A DNA stretch of 61,409 nucleotides, filler included, from an uncultured Thermoplasmatales archaeon (lineage in GTDB: Archaea; Thermoplasmatota; E2; DHVEG-1): the NCBI GenBank assembly GCA_964517155.1. It is 4 parts of 4 records of this genome, joined end to end, with 100 filler letters (N's around TTAATTAATTAA, not from the genome) between each part and the next. Parts side by side here need not be neighbours in the genome. Positions count along the whole stretch, not along the records: positions 1 to 31,748 come from CAZFAZ010000076.1; 3 more parts are not named here. The stretch is one strand, 5' to 3'. The notes beneath the pieces are model-generated. The model did not search any database. It was not told the DNA's origin and worked only from the letters and a program-made list of their open reading frames with translations. This document shows, one piece after another, positions 20,739 through 31,234 of this stretch. How positions within the stretch are numbered: the stretch's first letter is position 1; each line of letters starts with the position of its first letter. The position numbers and the translations under genes are program-made.

Positions 20739-21671
20739 TTATTTTTTCTTTGTGCTTGTCTTCTTTGTTGTTTTCTTAGCAGGAACTTTTTTTTCGGCAG
20801 TCTTTTTTGCTTTTGGTTTTTTGTCAAGTTTTTCTTTTTTTGTTGTTTTCTTTGGCTTTTCTTCTTGTGGTTCTTCTGCTTTCTCTGTTTCTTTAGGCGC
20901 GTCTTGTTTTATATCTTCTTTAGCCGTTTCTTCTAAATTGTCTTCTTTGCCTTCATCTTTGATATCTCCAGTTTCCTCGTCTTTTTTCGTTTCCTTCTTT
21001 GCTTTCGTTGATTTTTCTTCAGGTTTTTCTTCTGTTTCTTCTTTCTTTTGTTTAGGTTTATCAGCAATCATTACGCTAGGCTGTGCGATTACTTCTGTTT
21101 TGTATATCTCAATTCTTTTTACTGGATAAAGTTTTTTACAGTTTTTGTAAAGTTCACTTCCAAGTTTTCCATCGATAATCATATGAACAAACTCTGAAAG
21201 CGTGCTTGAACTTGCTTGTTCAGTAATTGTTTTTTTCATTGATTCTCGTACTATTTTTTTCTGAGAGTTTTGTATACGTTTCTCTGATGCTGCAAAAGGT
21301 TTAACACGAATTTGAGCACCATCTCTTGTTGTAACATCGTATATACCTTCAATTTTTGAGCGCCGTCTGCGGATAAGCCTGCGTAAATAATCTGATGTAA
21401 GAGCATGACCTATAAATTGAGTATGTGCATTGTTTTCTTCAACATTTTTTACTTGGAAATATAAAACGATATGTGATTTTCTAAAATCATTTGTTAAATC
21501 CTGCAGTGATACTCCGGTTACACGGTTGATTAAATTATCCGGATTGTCTGCTAGTGTATCTGCAACTGTTACACTATCAAATGATGCTGGTGCAAGTATA
21601 TTGTACCATGTTTTTGCTTTCCATCTATCTTTTACCTTTCGGGCAGCTGTTCTCGATCTTGCCTTTGCCAT
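20739..21671 (-). CDS. rps3ae: 30S ribosomal protein S3Ae with long charged C-terminal tail
   Basis: KDRWKAKTWYNILAP, SDYLRRLIRRRRSKI and KKLYPVKRIEIYK. Confidence 0.95.
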   Translation of the reverse strand: MAKARSRTAARKVKDRWKAKTWYNILAPASFDSVTVADTLADNPDNLINRVTGVSLQDLTNDFRKSHIVLYFQVKNVEENNAHTQFIGHALTSDYLRRLIRRRRSKIEGIYDVTTRDGAQIRVKPFAASEKRIQNSQKKIVRESMKKTITEQASSSTLSEFVHMIIDGKLGSELYKNCKKLYPVKRIEIYKTEVIAQPSVMIADKPKQKKEETEEKPEEKSTKAKKETKKDEETGDIKDEGKEDNLEETAKEDIKQDAPKETEKAEEPQEEKPKKTTKKEKLDKKPKAKKTAEKKVPAKKTTKKTSTKKK

Positions 21672-22228
21672 ATTTATCACTTAGTTAAACATATATATTA
21701 ATTTGAGTTTTGGGTAATATAACTCCTTATACTTAAAACATACCGATGATATAGTAGTTCTGAAAGTAATGAGTTAAACAGAGAATTTTGTATAAAACTC
21801 TAATATAAATATCCTTCCCCAAAGATGATTTTTGTCTGTATAATGAAGAATTAATTATTTTTTCTCCTTGGAAAAAGTAAAAATCAAAACAGAAAATCTA
21901 ATATAAATTAACCAAAAAATGCATCACAGATCCAGATATTACACATGTTACCACCCGCCAAGATCAATAGTATACAAAACAATTCCAAAATATTTAGAAG
22001 TAATCAAATGATCAACTTTTCTGTTTTTAGCTTTAATATAAAAAATAGTATTATAAAAATATTAACATATTTTATATAAAAGAAATAAATGTATAGTTTA
22101 GAAATTTAAAATCAAAAGTATATTTAATATTTTAAATTGATAAAAAATTTTATTTTATAGAAATATTTATATATTAAGTTTCATACCAATATAATAAAAC
22201 TAAAACAAATATAAAAAGGTGTATAAAA

Positions 22229-25200
22229 ATGAACTTAATCAAAAACAAATATATAATCATAGCAATAATGATGCTTTTTTTGCTAACTACAACCAATCCA
22301 ATTATTACAAATGGCTTAGTTACAATAGCAAGTGCTGATCCAATTTGTAGTATCAGTGCCCCTAGTGAAGTATGGGGTGGGGAAACATTTAAGGTTACTG
22401 CTTTAGTTGACAATAAAACTTGTAATTTTGCTAATATAAATTTTAACGGTGAAAGTTCAGGTGACCAAAACCCATATGATTTTACAGCCCCCGCGGTTAC
22501 AGAAGAAACAATAATGCAAATAACAGTCTATTTCAGCGAAATTGATCCCGCCATACAAAAAAGTGCAGACATTAAAATTAAGCCAAATGCCCTTGAAGTT
22601 AATGATCAGTATATTACAGATGCATCAACTTTTCATGTATTTGTTAAAGACAAAACAGAAAATCCGGTGAATGGGGTAACTGTTTATGCCGGATGGGGTG
22701 AAACACGTACTACAGGAATTAATGGAAAGACAATACTTCCCTTTTCAGGAGTACCTCCAATACCTGAGGGTGACGATGACAAACAGTATCCTTTATCGGT
22801 TTCTAAAACAGGTTATGGAAGTGATGCTGCAATCATATATGTAGAAAATGTAAACATTGCACCTATGGCGCCTAATATTGGTGGACCGATGATTGTTAAT
22901 GTAGGGGAAAATAATGTTTATGACTTTACTTTTTCAGGTGGCATTGACCCAGATTATATTCTGGGTAATGGTGTAACTGTAAGATATGATTATAAATGGG
23001 CATTGTCAGACTCTTGGAAATCAACAGGGTATGTCTATTCAGGAGGTTCTGTTACAGAGTCCAACTATTGGGATGAACCTGGCGCATATGTAATAATGGC
23101 AAAGACAGTTGACAAACATGGTGAAGAGAGCAGTGTAAGTACTAAGACGATTACTGTAATAAATACTATACCTGATGCTCCAGCTTTGAATGGAAAAAGA
23201 TATTATGCAGATGAAGAAGCTGCATCTTTTACTGCAACTTCAAGCGATCCTGAAGGACACAATGTAAAATATGAATTTGAGGCAACAGGATCAAATGGAG
23301 GACTTGTAGTACATAGGTCGGGTTGGATGGATAGTGGAAGTGGATATACAGCAACACTCGGCTTAACTAATGGTGTAATCTATAACGTTAGAGCCAGAGC
23401 AACAGATCCTTGGAAAAATGAAAAAGGTGACTGGTCTGATTGGTCAAATACAATAAGAGTAGTAAAAGGCAATATAGCACCAGACACACCAGGTAAACCC
23501 TCTGTAATTGAGAAAGATGGCACTATTCGTAAGTTTTCAGCGGTTACTACAGATGAAAATTGTGACGAGAGTTATGGTGGTCCTGATAAATTAACATATA
23601 TATTTGATTTTGGTGATGGAACAACGGCACATGTAGGACCATCAAATCCAGGTGTAACAGTAGAATCGCCACGCCATGATTATACAGAACAAACAAAATT
23701 AATACAAACCTACAACGTAAAAGTAAAAGCAATAGATGAACATGGTGCAGAAAGTGGTTGGTCCAAGAGTCGTTTAGTTACAATACTTAACAATAATGCA
23801 ATAAATGCGTATGCTGGTATGGCAATGACCGTAGAAGCAGTAAAAACAAATTATGTATATAACATGGTTCCAAATTATGCTATTGATGGAAACGGAAATA
23901 TATTAGTTACAGATGAAAGTTATTCAATTATAGCCAATCAAGATGGAACATATGACATAGAACAAAATGGACAAATAATAAAACAAGGTCTTGACTCAAC
24001 TGAATCTGTACAAAACTATATAACATCATCTGATCCAACAAGTTCAACAAATACAGATACACCTACTAATAACAATAATCAACAACCACAAGAAACCACT
24101 CAAAACCAAGCACCCTCCGTCTCAATAAACGGACCAAGCACAGGAAACACCGGACAAACACTATCTTTTAGTTCATCAGCAAGTGACCCTGATGGAAGCA
24201 TCACAAGATATGACTGGTACTATAAAGGAAGCTGGCATAACAATCTTGGATCAAGCATCTCAATAAGTTATCCAACAACTGGAACTAAAACAGTCAAAGT
24301 CAAAGTCTACGACAATGATGACGCAACAAACACTGCTACAAAAACAGTAACAATAACAGCTAGCAGCTCATCAAGCTCATCATCAAGTTCACCCTCCTCT
24401 TCAACAGGTTCCCCATCTAGCTCATCAGGAGGAAGAGCTACTCTTTCAATTCTTGCAGATGACGAAAAAACACAGGATAATTCAAATTCACAAACAATAA
24501 CTGTCGCAGTTCGTTTTGCAGGTTCTGTATTTTTATCAGATGGCTCAGAATATACAGAACTAATCAATGAAGAACCAAATATCATAAAAAACAACATAGA
24601 AGAAAATAATGACTTTAGTTACAAAACAATTAAAGAAAGAATAATTGAAATTATAAAAAAATTTATAGAAAACTTCCAGTTAAATTCAAAAATAATATCA
24701 ACTGAAAATAATCCTTATGAAGAAAAACAAGAAAAAAACAGTGATTATTCCAGTCAAAATCAAGACTTAACCGATAAAACATATCTAACAGAAGACAAAT
24801 ATGAAGAAATAGAAGATGAAGAAATAAACTTAGATCTAATAAAAATAATTTGGGATTTTGGTGATGGACATAAAGGCTATGGAGCAAACCCATTACATGT
24901 CTACACTGTAAGCTTCTCAGATACTTCAGAAAACAAAGATGAAACAGAAAGAGAAATACATTACAACATTATACCTATTGAAGACAAGATAATACCAAAT
25001 GATATCAAAGATGCAACAAATGATGAATCTGCAGATGTATTATTGATAAAAACAATAAAATATGAAGTTACAATGTATGTTATCTACGATAAAGACGACA
25101 TTGTAAACAAAGACAATGTAGATGAAATAGACCTTGAAGCATTTGAAATATTGGATATAGACACAACAAGTGTAACAATAAAAGAATTCAACCCAAATGA

Positions 25201-25300
25201 AAACCCATTACTAAGAGAAGGACTTATATCAGTTAAAGGATTAGATAATTTACTAATCAAAAAAGATAAACTAAATCTAGATACATGCATGCATTTCTAA
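22229..25300 (+). CDS. Secreted/cell-surface PKD/Ig-like repeat protein
   Basis: Signal peptide; PKD motifs FDFGDG, ASDPDGSITRYDW and WDFGDG; Ser/Thr-rich linkers. Confidence 0.8.
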   Translation: MNLIKNKYIIIAIMMLFLLTTTNPIITNGLVTIASADPICSISAPSEVWGGETFKVTALVDNKTCNFANINFNGESSGDQNPYDFTAPAVTEETIMQITVYFSEIDPAIQKSADIKIKPNALEVNDQYITDASTFHVFVKDKTENPVNGVTVYAGWGETRTTGINGKTILPFSGVPPIPEGDDDKQYPLSVSKTGYGSDAAIIYVENVNIAPMAPNIGGPMIVNVGENNVYDFTFSGGIDPDYILGNGVTVRYDYKWALSDSWKSTGYVYSGGSVTESNYWDEPGAYVIMAKTVDKHGEESSVSTKTITVINTIPDAPALNGKRYYADEEAASFTATSSDPEGHNVKYEFEATGSNGGLVVHRSGWMDSGSGYTATLGLTNGVIYNVRARATDPWKNEKGDWSDWSNTIRVVKGNIAPDTPGKPSVIEKDGTIRKFSAVTTDENCDESYGGPDKLTYIFDFGDGTTAHVGPSNPGVTVESPRHDYTEQTKLIQTYNVKVKAIDEHGAESGWSKSRLVTILNNNAINAYAGMAMTVEAVKTNYVYNMVPNYAIDGNGNILVTDESYSIIANQDGTYDIEQNGQIIKQGLDSTESVQNYITSSDPTSSTNTDTPTNNNNQQPQETTQNQAPSVSINGPSTGNTGQTLSFSSSASDPDGSITRYDWYYKGSWHNNLGSSISISYPTTGTKTVKVKVYDNDDATNTATKTVTITASSSSSSSSSSPSSSTGSPSSSSGGRATLSILADDEKTQDNSNSQTITVAVRFAGSVFLSDGSEYTELINEEPNIIKNNIEENNDFSYKTIKERIIEIIKKFIENFQLNSKIISTENNPYEEKQEKNSDYSSQNQDLTDKTYLTEDKYEEIEDEEINLDLIKIIWDFGDGHKGYGANPLHVYTVSFSDTSENKDETEREIHYNIIPIEDKIIPNDIKDATNDESADVLLIKTIKYEVTMYVIYDKDDIVNKDNVDEIDLEAFEILDIDTTSVTIKEFNPNENPLLREGLISVKGLDNLLIKKDKLNLDTCMHF

Positions 25301-26091
25301 AATGCATCAACAATCTTTATATTTTTTTTAAAACCCTCTTTTTTTATTTGTTCTCTAATTTCTTTATAAAATTCATCATTTTTAACTCTATCTATAAAAA
25401 AGTTTTCAAGTTCAGAATTCAAACTTAATTTTTTTGAAAGGTTTTCAACAATTCCTATTTTTAAATTAAATTTATCAATCATCACTTCAGATACTTGATA
25501 TTTTTTAAATGATTCAAACATCTCTACAATTTCCTCAAGTTTAATTGTTGGATAAATTGGTCCAAAAAATACAGTAGTTTTAACTCCGTTTTCGCTTAAT
25601 ATTTTCATTGCATTAAGCCTTTGTTGAATCGATGATGCGTTTGGCTCAAGTATTTTTCTTTCAGAATCATGTAATGTTCCTATGCTAAACATTACTTCAA
25701 TATTTGAAAACTTTGAAATTAAATCAATATCTCTTAGTATTAAATCAGATTTTGTCTGTATATGCACAGGAAAATCATATCTTAAAAGTTGTTCCAAGCA
25801 GTATCTTGTCAGTTTGTATTTTTTCTCCAGTGGCTGATATGGATCTGTAACTGTTGAAATTCCTACTACGCCTTTTTGTTTTTTCTTAAGTTCTTTTGAA
25901 AGAATATTTGCAATATTTGTTTTAACATTTACGAAACCCCCCCATTCTTCTCTTTTAATTCTAAGAATATTTGGTACATAACAATATACACAAGCATGCT
26001 CACATCCGCGATATGGATTAAGTGAATAATCAAGTCCTGGCAGGTTTGATTTTGAAAGTGCTGTTTTACAGTTTATTTCATTTATTTTCAT
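25297..26091 (-). CDS. Radical SAM protein, spore photoproduct lyase (SPL)-like
   Basis: NPYRGCEHACVYC, STVTDPYQPLE and IQTKS. Confidence 0.88.
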   Translation of the reverse strand: MKINEINCKTALSKSNLPGLDYSLNPYRGCEHACVYCYVPNILRIKREEWGGFVNVKTNIANILSKELKKKQKGVVGISTVTDPYQPLEKKYKLTRYCLEQLLRYDFPVHIQTKSDLILRDIDLISKFSNIEVMFSIGTLHDSERKILEPNASSIQQRLNAMKILSENGVKTTVFFGPIYPTIKLEEIVEMFESFKKYQVSEVMIDKFNLKIGIVENLSKKLSLNSELENFFIDRVKNDEFYKEIREQIKKEGFKKNIKIVDAF

Positions 26092-26093
26092 TT

Positions 26094-27375
26094 TTAGAAA
26101 TCCTCAAGTCTTTTTTGATATAGTTTATTTTTTAAGACTGCACTGTTTTTTATCCATCTTTGAAGTGGTATATCCATAATTTGCGAGATATGAATCATTG
26201 ATTGATCAACTGTATCAAATTTTTCATATGGTTTTCTTAATGCTTCTCTTACACTTTCCCTAACGTTCCATACACCTATTGGCATAATATAACCAGGATG
26301 AGCCTCACGCAAGATTACTACTCCGGCTTGTCTTCTTTCTTTGTTTAAAAGCTCATTTACTGCAAGTCTTGCAGAATAATAACATCCTCCGATTTCAGCA
26401 TATGTATCTCTTCCTTTGTAGAATTCATATGAGTTAAAAATAGATATTCCCCGACCATATGGATTCCAAGTGGTATTTGGATACCATGCTTCTATCAGTT
26501 CATACATCCATTCTGTTGGCAGCATAAGAACTATCCAGCGGTTGTCAAACTGGTTATGTTGATACACGCGATATTCATTAATAAGTGGATAGCTTTTAGT
26601 GTTCTTCATAAGTGTTTCGCCAATAGTTGAGTCAACTGCTGTAATACTCCAACGTGTTGGTACAAACCTTCTGAATTTTTTAACTCCAAATGCTCCAACG
26701 CTAAATGCTCTTTGTATTTTAGAAATATTTACTCCATCTTTATACAGATTAAAAACTGCTTCACGTGATTTTAAATCTGTATCATAGTATGCTTTTTCAA
26801 TATGCTGCTCATATTTTGGGTTTGTGATATCAAATTTTTTAATTGGTGCAGACGGCCCATGCGGCTGTATTTCATCATAAAAAGCAATTTTACCATGTGG
26901 TTTTTTTGAAAATATGGCTTCTGTAAAAACACTATTTTTGGAAAGCGCAAGTTCTCTGGTGAATTGTACTGTTTTATGTGAATTTTCTACATCGTAGATA
27001 TCTACCAAGTGTTTACCGCGTATCAGCATCGAGCGAAAATCTACTATATCATCTAGTGTTTTATCAAGCCATAGCTCTGGTGTATCAATTATTGATGTGT
27101 CACCCATAACTGGTGGTATCATAGGCCCCTATTGAAACTTTTGGATAACCTATTCTTCCAACAAATACACTTGGTGGTGATGCTCCACCTATTTTTAATG
27201 TGTTTATTAGTGGTTTTAGTTTATCACTAGAATGATATTTAACTATTACAGGGCAGCGTGATTTACCGCATAAAAATTTTGTTCCACGGCACAAAGCACA
27301 CAGGCTAAATGATTCTTTTTTAGTAGTTTTTAAAAGTTTACTTTGATTCTTTGAATAATGTATTTGAGTTTTCAA
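26094..27375 (-). pseudogene. nreA: Nre-family DNA repair protein (NreA), split by a single-base frameshift
   Basis: Upstream ORF has CALCRG..LCGKSRCP and SPPSVFVGRIGYPKV. Downstream ORF has VPTRWSITAVD, GGCYYSARL, PIGVWNVRE and C-terminal PIP box QKRLEDF. There is one extra G in the run at 27126-27129, which may be a sequencing error. Confidence 0.85.
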
Positions 27376-27560
27376 GTATTTTTATGATTTTATTTTATGT
27401 TTATATAGATTTTGAGAGGGTTATTTAACGTATAGGGATTTTATGTTAATTAAAATATAGTCTTTAAATCATAATAATTATAAGAACAATAGGATAAAAT
27501 ATATAAAGTATTAAATATAATAATATTGTTGCATATATTATATATTTATAAAAATTTGAG

Positions 27561-30500
27561 TTGATATGTATGAAATGGGGAAAACTAAACAAAATTAAAT
27601 ATTTTTTGACAGCTTTTATAGTGCTTTTATTGCTAACTACAACATTAGTAAATCCTATCAGTGCAAAAGAATCTAACAAAGTTTATACAGAAGGCTTCGA
27701 AAAAGGAGTCACATACCAGCCTTTTATACCAATAAAAAAAGCAATACTTGTAAATTTTGATAAAGACACACTAATCGATGATTATTCATATCTAGCTAGC
27801 ATACCTGCAAGTGTTTTCAGTAACGAAAACACAATATATGCAAACCCGTTATTACTATTCCAAGCAGATAAAACATATCCTGATGAAGAAAAATACAGAT
27901 TTTTAAATGATTATTCAGGCACACAGTATCTCATGGAAGATTGGATGGGTTATTGTAATGGTCAAATGGATAAACTAACAACAATAAATGTGAAACAAGC
28001 AGAACTAGACCCTAGCTGGAAGGCAAAAACAACAACAGAAATACAAGGCAATAATGTTTTCAAAATAGCAAGTGAAATAGCAGAAGACGAATGGTCTTAT
28101 TCAGATGAAGCAGTGATAGCGGTGATAGAAGAAAATTATGAAAAACCAGACTATGCCCGTACAATTGGTACAATAGATGGACAAATACAGGGTAATATAG
28201 GTACAGATAGCCTAAAGATAAAAAGGCCTTATGGCCCTGCATCAGAATATAAATATTTCTCTATTGAAGAGGAATATAAATATGTAGAAGTAGATCTTTG
28301 GTATCCTGCAATAGTTAAAAAATCACCCATATTAAAGATGATCCCTGGTTTTGCAGGAGCTGTAGGCATTACTCTTCCTTCAGTTGATCCGGATTTACAA
28401 ATTTTTTGCAAATATGAAAATGATTGGCTTCAAACTGCTGCAGCAGCTGAAATGGCAATAACTAAGGGCCCACATGAATCATGTTTTTCGTATGTCTACG
28501 AACCTGGTGAATGGCGTGTTGGCGTAACAAACATGCCAACCGAAGGTGGTGACGATAAATATTTTATAAATGAAAAAGGACTTATTGGCCTTGGAAGATA
28601 TGAAGTATATGGAGATTTTAAAGACGCAGTTAAAAATCTTATATATGGTGTAGACGAGTTTAATGTAGATGTAACTAAGTACCCCGGGGTTGAAGAAATT
28701 ATTCCAGACGTTCCTCCGTTTGGCTGTCGCAACGCTGATTTTACTCTCAGTTGGAATGATGATAAGACCACTCTTGGTCTTACAATAATTGGTCCATCTG
28801 GTGAAGAACTTGAATCTGTGATGGAAAAAGATGTTGACAAACAAGAGATTCATTTTGACATGTTAGGGGAGTGTCTTGAGGGAGAAAACTATCGCGTAGT
28901 TGTATATGCTCTAAATGATATTTCCAGACCTATTAATTACAAACTTGAATACAGCTGGCAGCAAAACATCACTCGTAAAGAAGCAGATCTTTTAGCATCA
29001 GCATGCCAAGGAGCAATACTTGGAAGTATAACAAATAATCCATTACTATATGTAACACCAAAAAACATACCAGAATGCACAAAAGAAACAATTCTAAAAC
29101 TAGGAGTAAAAAAAATAAACATAGTTGATTTAGGTGGATATCTATCAAAAGAAAATAAAGATAAATTATCAAACCTAGTAAATATAAAAAATCATTATAC
29201 TGAATACAAAAATATATATGACGATATTCTTTTTAAAACAAGTTCAAACAGCATAGTCTTTTCAACAATAGATCCTTGGAGTTATTGGTATTATGAAAGT
29301 AGCCTTAGTGAACTAAAACCTAATGGTAAATATGATGGAGCCTTTTATTTTGGGCCTGCATCTTATGCTGCAGCCATACATGGAACACCGCTTTTACTTG
29401 TTGATAATCATCCTGAGTTATCTGGTGCTGTCACATGGCATCGTGAATTCTGGAGGAAAAATGCAAATGGATTTAATCTACCCCCAGTTTCATGTATGTT
29501 TTTAACAGGCAGTAAAGTTCAAAATTTTTTAAGAGAATATGGTCTTGACAAAGAAGGTCATGAATCAATTCTAACTGTTGCAGGTCAGTATAATATTGGC
29601 CCTACTTGGGCCCGTGTTTTTGCCGGTGTTGCAAGCCCGGGTGCCATTATTGGTACACCTGTTGATACAACTAATCATATTGCAAGATGCTTATTTTATC
29701 CTGGCTTGATTTTTGAAAATCCGGCTTTAAAAGGACCTGTAGAGCTTGAAACAGGCAGTATAAGTGAACGCGCAAGATCGGATATTTTGCATCCGCTTAA
29801 AGGCCTTATCGCGCGTCTTGGTTTAAAAACACCAGGCCTTAGTAACCTTAAAATAATAAAACCATCTCAGGTTGAAAAATTTGAATACCCTGTTCTTCAT
29901 ACTTATGGATGTTACAGTCATCGTTTCAATGAAAGAGCATCTGAATACTGGGGCATTAAATATCAGACGCGCAATGGAAATATTCCGGGGGAAACAATTT
30001 CAGGCCTTGAAATAGATATGGGAACTCGTGAAATCTTTGAAGGAAAACCGGGTAGCTTTTTACCAGATATGTCTACTTCAGTCATTGGACCATTTTATTG
30101 CGAGAAAGCAGGATATAGTAATGCATTTAGTACAAATTATGATGTAACAATTAATAATCTAAATCAAGGAGTAATATCTTGGTATATGGTTTTACATGGT
30201 GTGTCATTTGAAGGCGGACAACTTGCATGGTGGCAGCCAGTATCTGAAACTTTAGAATCAGTTGGAATTCCTTCAAAAACTGCTAACTTGATTAATAAAG
30301 TTCTTGGAGTGCCGTTGGGTCTTAACCCAAACGAGGAAAATCCCTGGCGAGGTTATGATATGTTATGGGGTAGCACTGAAGAACCGGATTCAGCATTGCT
30401 TAATTCAGAAATTGGGTTGTTAACAGGTTGGTTTAATCCTTTTTTTGACCCGCTTGGACGAGGCATTCTTAAAACCGGCCTTGATATTGTACCAACACAT

Positions 30501-31169
30501 AGGGCAGGTTATTATGATGGACTTATTGGACCATACAGTATTACAGCCATGATTGCAAAATTTGCCTACACTCATCCTGCGACTCAAATCGATGATGAGC
30601 TTGATAATTTGCATTCAATGAATTTTCATGCAGGATCTTGTTTGATAGCATGTAACTACCTGCAGATTGCTCTTATGAGGCACGGATCGGTACTTCAGGA
30701 GATGGACCCATGGCCTACTTCATATTGGGCAGGTTATGTTGGCCAACAGGTTGCAAAGGATTATGCTCTTGGTAAAAGCGCTGGTGAAGCATATTCAGAA
30801 GCAATTACAGAAATAGGTATTAAATACCTATTTGAAGAAGATGAAAAAAGAGTTTGGTGGTGGGATACAACCGAAAATATGGTGTTATTTACAGATCCTG
30901 ATTTACATGTCTGGGTTGCGAGTGATGAATACGATCCTGAAGCAAGAAATCATTGGGAAAAAAAGGATTTTGAGTCACTTAGATTTGATTCCGAGTTAGA
31001 CCTCTTTGGCCACATGCCATTTGGTGCAACAGAATACCCAAATCAGCGTAAACCTATGTCTTTCTTAGAAGAAAACATACTATTTATTCTTGTTGTTTGT
31101 CTGATATTAATCTTAGTGGCATATCTGGCTTTATTTTCCAGGAAAAAACAGAAAAACAAGAAAAAATAA
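27561..31169 (+). CDS. Large cell-surface protein, divergent C25-peptidase-like with CWB2-like repeats
   Basis: Signal peptide, VLHG (His), HAGSCLI (Cys), LFTDPDL, C-terminal TM helix and basic tail. Confidence 0.65.
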   Translation: MICMKWGKLNKIKYFLTAFIVLLLLTTTLVNPISAKESNKVYTEGFEKGVTYQPFIPIKKAILVNFDKDTLIDDYSYLASIPASVFSNENTIYANPLLLFQADKTYPDEEKYRFLNDYSGTQYLMEDWMGYCNGQMDKLTTINVKQAELDPSWKAKTTTEIQGNNVFKIASEIAEDEWSYSDEAVIAVIEENYEKPDYARTIGTIDGQIQGNIGTDSLKIKRPYGPASEYKYFSIEEEYKYVEVDLWYPAIVKKSPILKMIPGFAGAVGITLPSVDPDLQIFCKYENDWLQTAAAAEMAITKGPHESCFSYVYEPGEWRVGVTNMPTEGGDDKYFINEKGLIGLGRYEVYGDFKDAVKNLIYGVDEFNVDVTKYPGVEEIIPDVPPFGCRNADFTLSWNDDKTTLGLTIIGPSGEELESVMEKDVDKQEIHFDMLGECLEGENYRVVVYALNDISRPINYKLEYSWQQNITRKEADLLASACQGAILGSITNNPLLYVTPKNIPECTKETILKLGVKKINIVDLGGYLSKENKDKLSNLVNIKNHYTEYKNIYDDILFKTSSNSIVFSTIDPWSYWYYESSLSELKPNGKYDGAFYFGPASYAAAIHGTPLLLVDNHPELSGAVTWHREFWRKNANGFNLPPVSCMFLTGSKVQNFLREYGLDKEGHESILTVAGQYNIGPTWARVFAGVASPGAIIGTPVDTTNHIARCLFYPGLIFENPALKGPVELETGSISERARSDILHPLKGLIARLGLKTPGLSNLKIIKPSQVEKFEYPVLHTYGCYSHRFNERASEYWGIKYQTRNGNIPGETISGLEIDMGTREIFEGKPGSFLPDMSTSVIGPFYCEKAGYSNAFSTNYDVTINNLNQGVISWYMVLHGVSFEGGQLAWWQPVSETLESVGIPSKTANLINKVLGVPLGLNPNEENPWRGYDMLWGSTEEPDSALLNSEIGLLTGWFNPFFDPLGRGILKTGLDIVPTHRAGYYDGLIGPYSITAMIAKFAYTHPATQIDDELDNLHSMNFHAGSCLIACNYLQIALMRHGSVLQEMDPWPTSYWAGYVGQQVAKDYALGKSAGEAYSEAITEIGIKYLFEEDEKRVWWWDTTENMVLFTDPDLHVWVASDEYDPEARNHWEKKDFESLRFDSELDLFGHMPFGATEYPNQRKPMSFLEENILFILVVCLILILVAYLALFSRKKQKNKKK

Positions 31170-31234
31170 AATCTTTTTTTTCTTTTTAATCTTTCAAAAT
31201 ACTTATTTAAGTGATACTGTATTTGGCTTTTTGT

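Noticed and set aside
16750..21129. Long Phe/Ser-rich plus-strand ORFs (for example 17036-17485 and 20752-21129)
   Set aside because: They are antisense shadows of Lys/Glu-rich genes (rad50, rps3ae tail). The same applies to similar short antisense ORFs across the window.
21741..21805. Possible C/D box sRNA (CGATGA...CTGA...AATGA) upstream of rps3ae
   Set aside because: Box C is imperfect, there is no terminal box D (CTGA) at the expected distance, and no terminal stem.
24360..24430. Short tandem TCA/AGC repeats as a possible CRISPR or VNTR
   Set aside because: They encode a poly-Ser linker in frame. No repeat-spacer structure or cas genes occur anywhere in the window.
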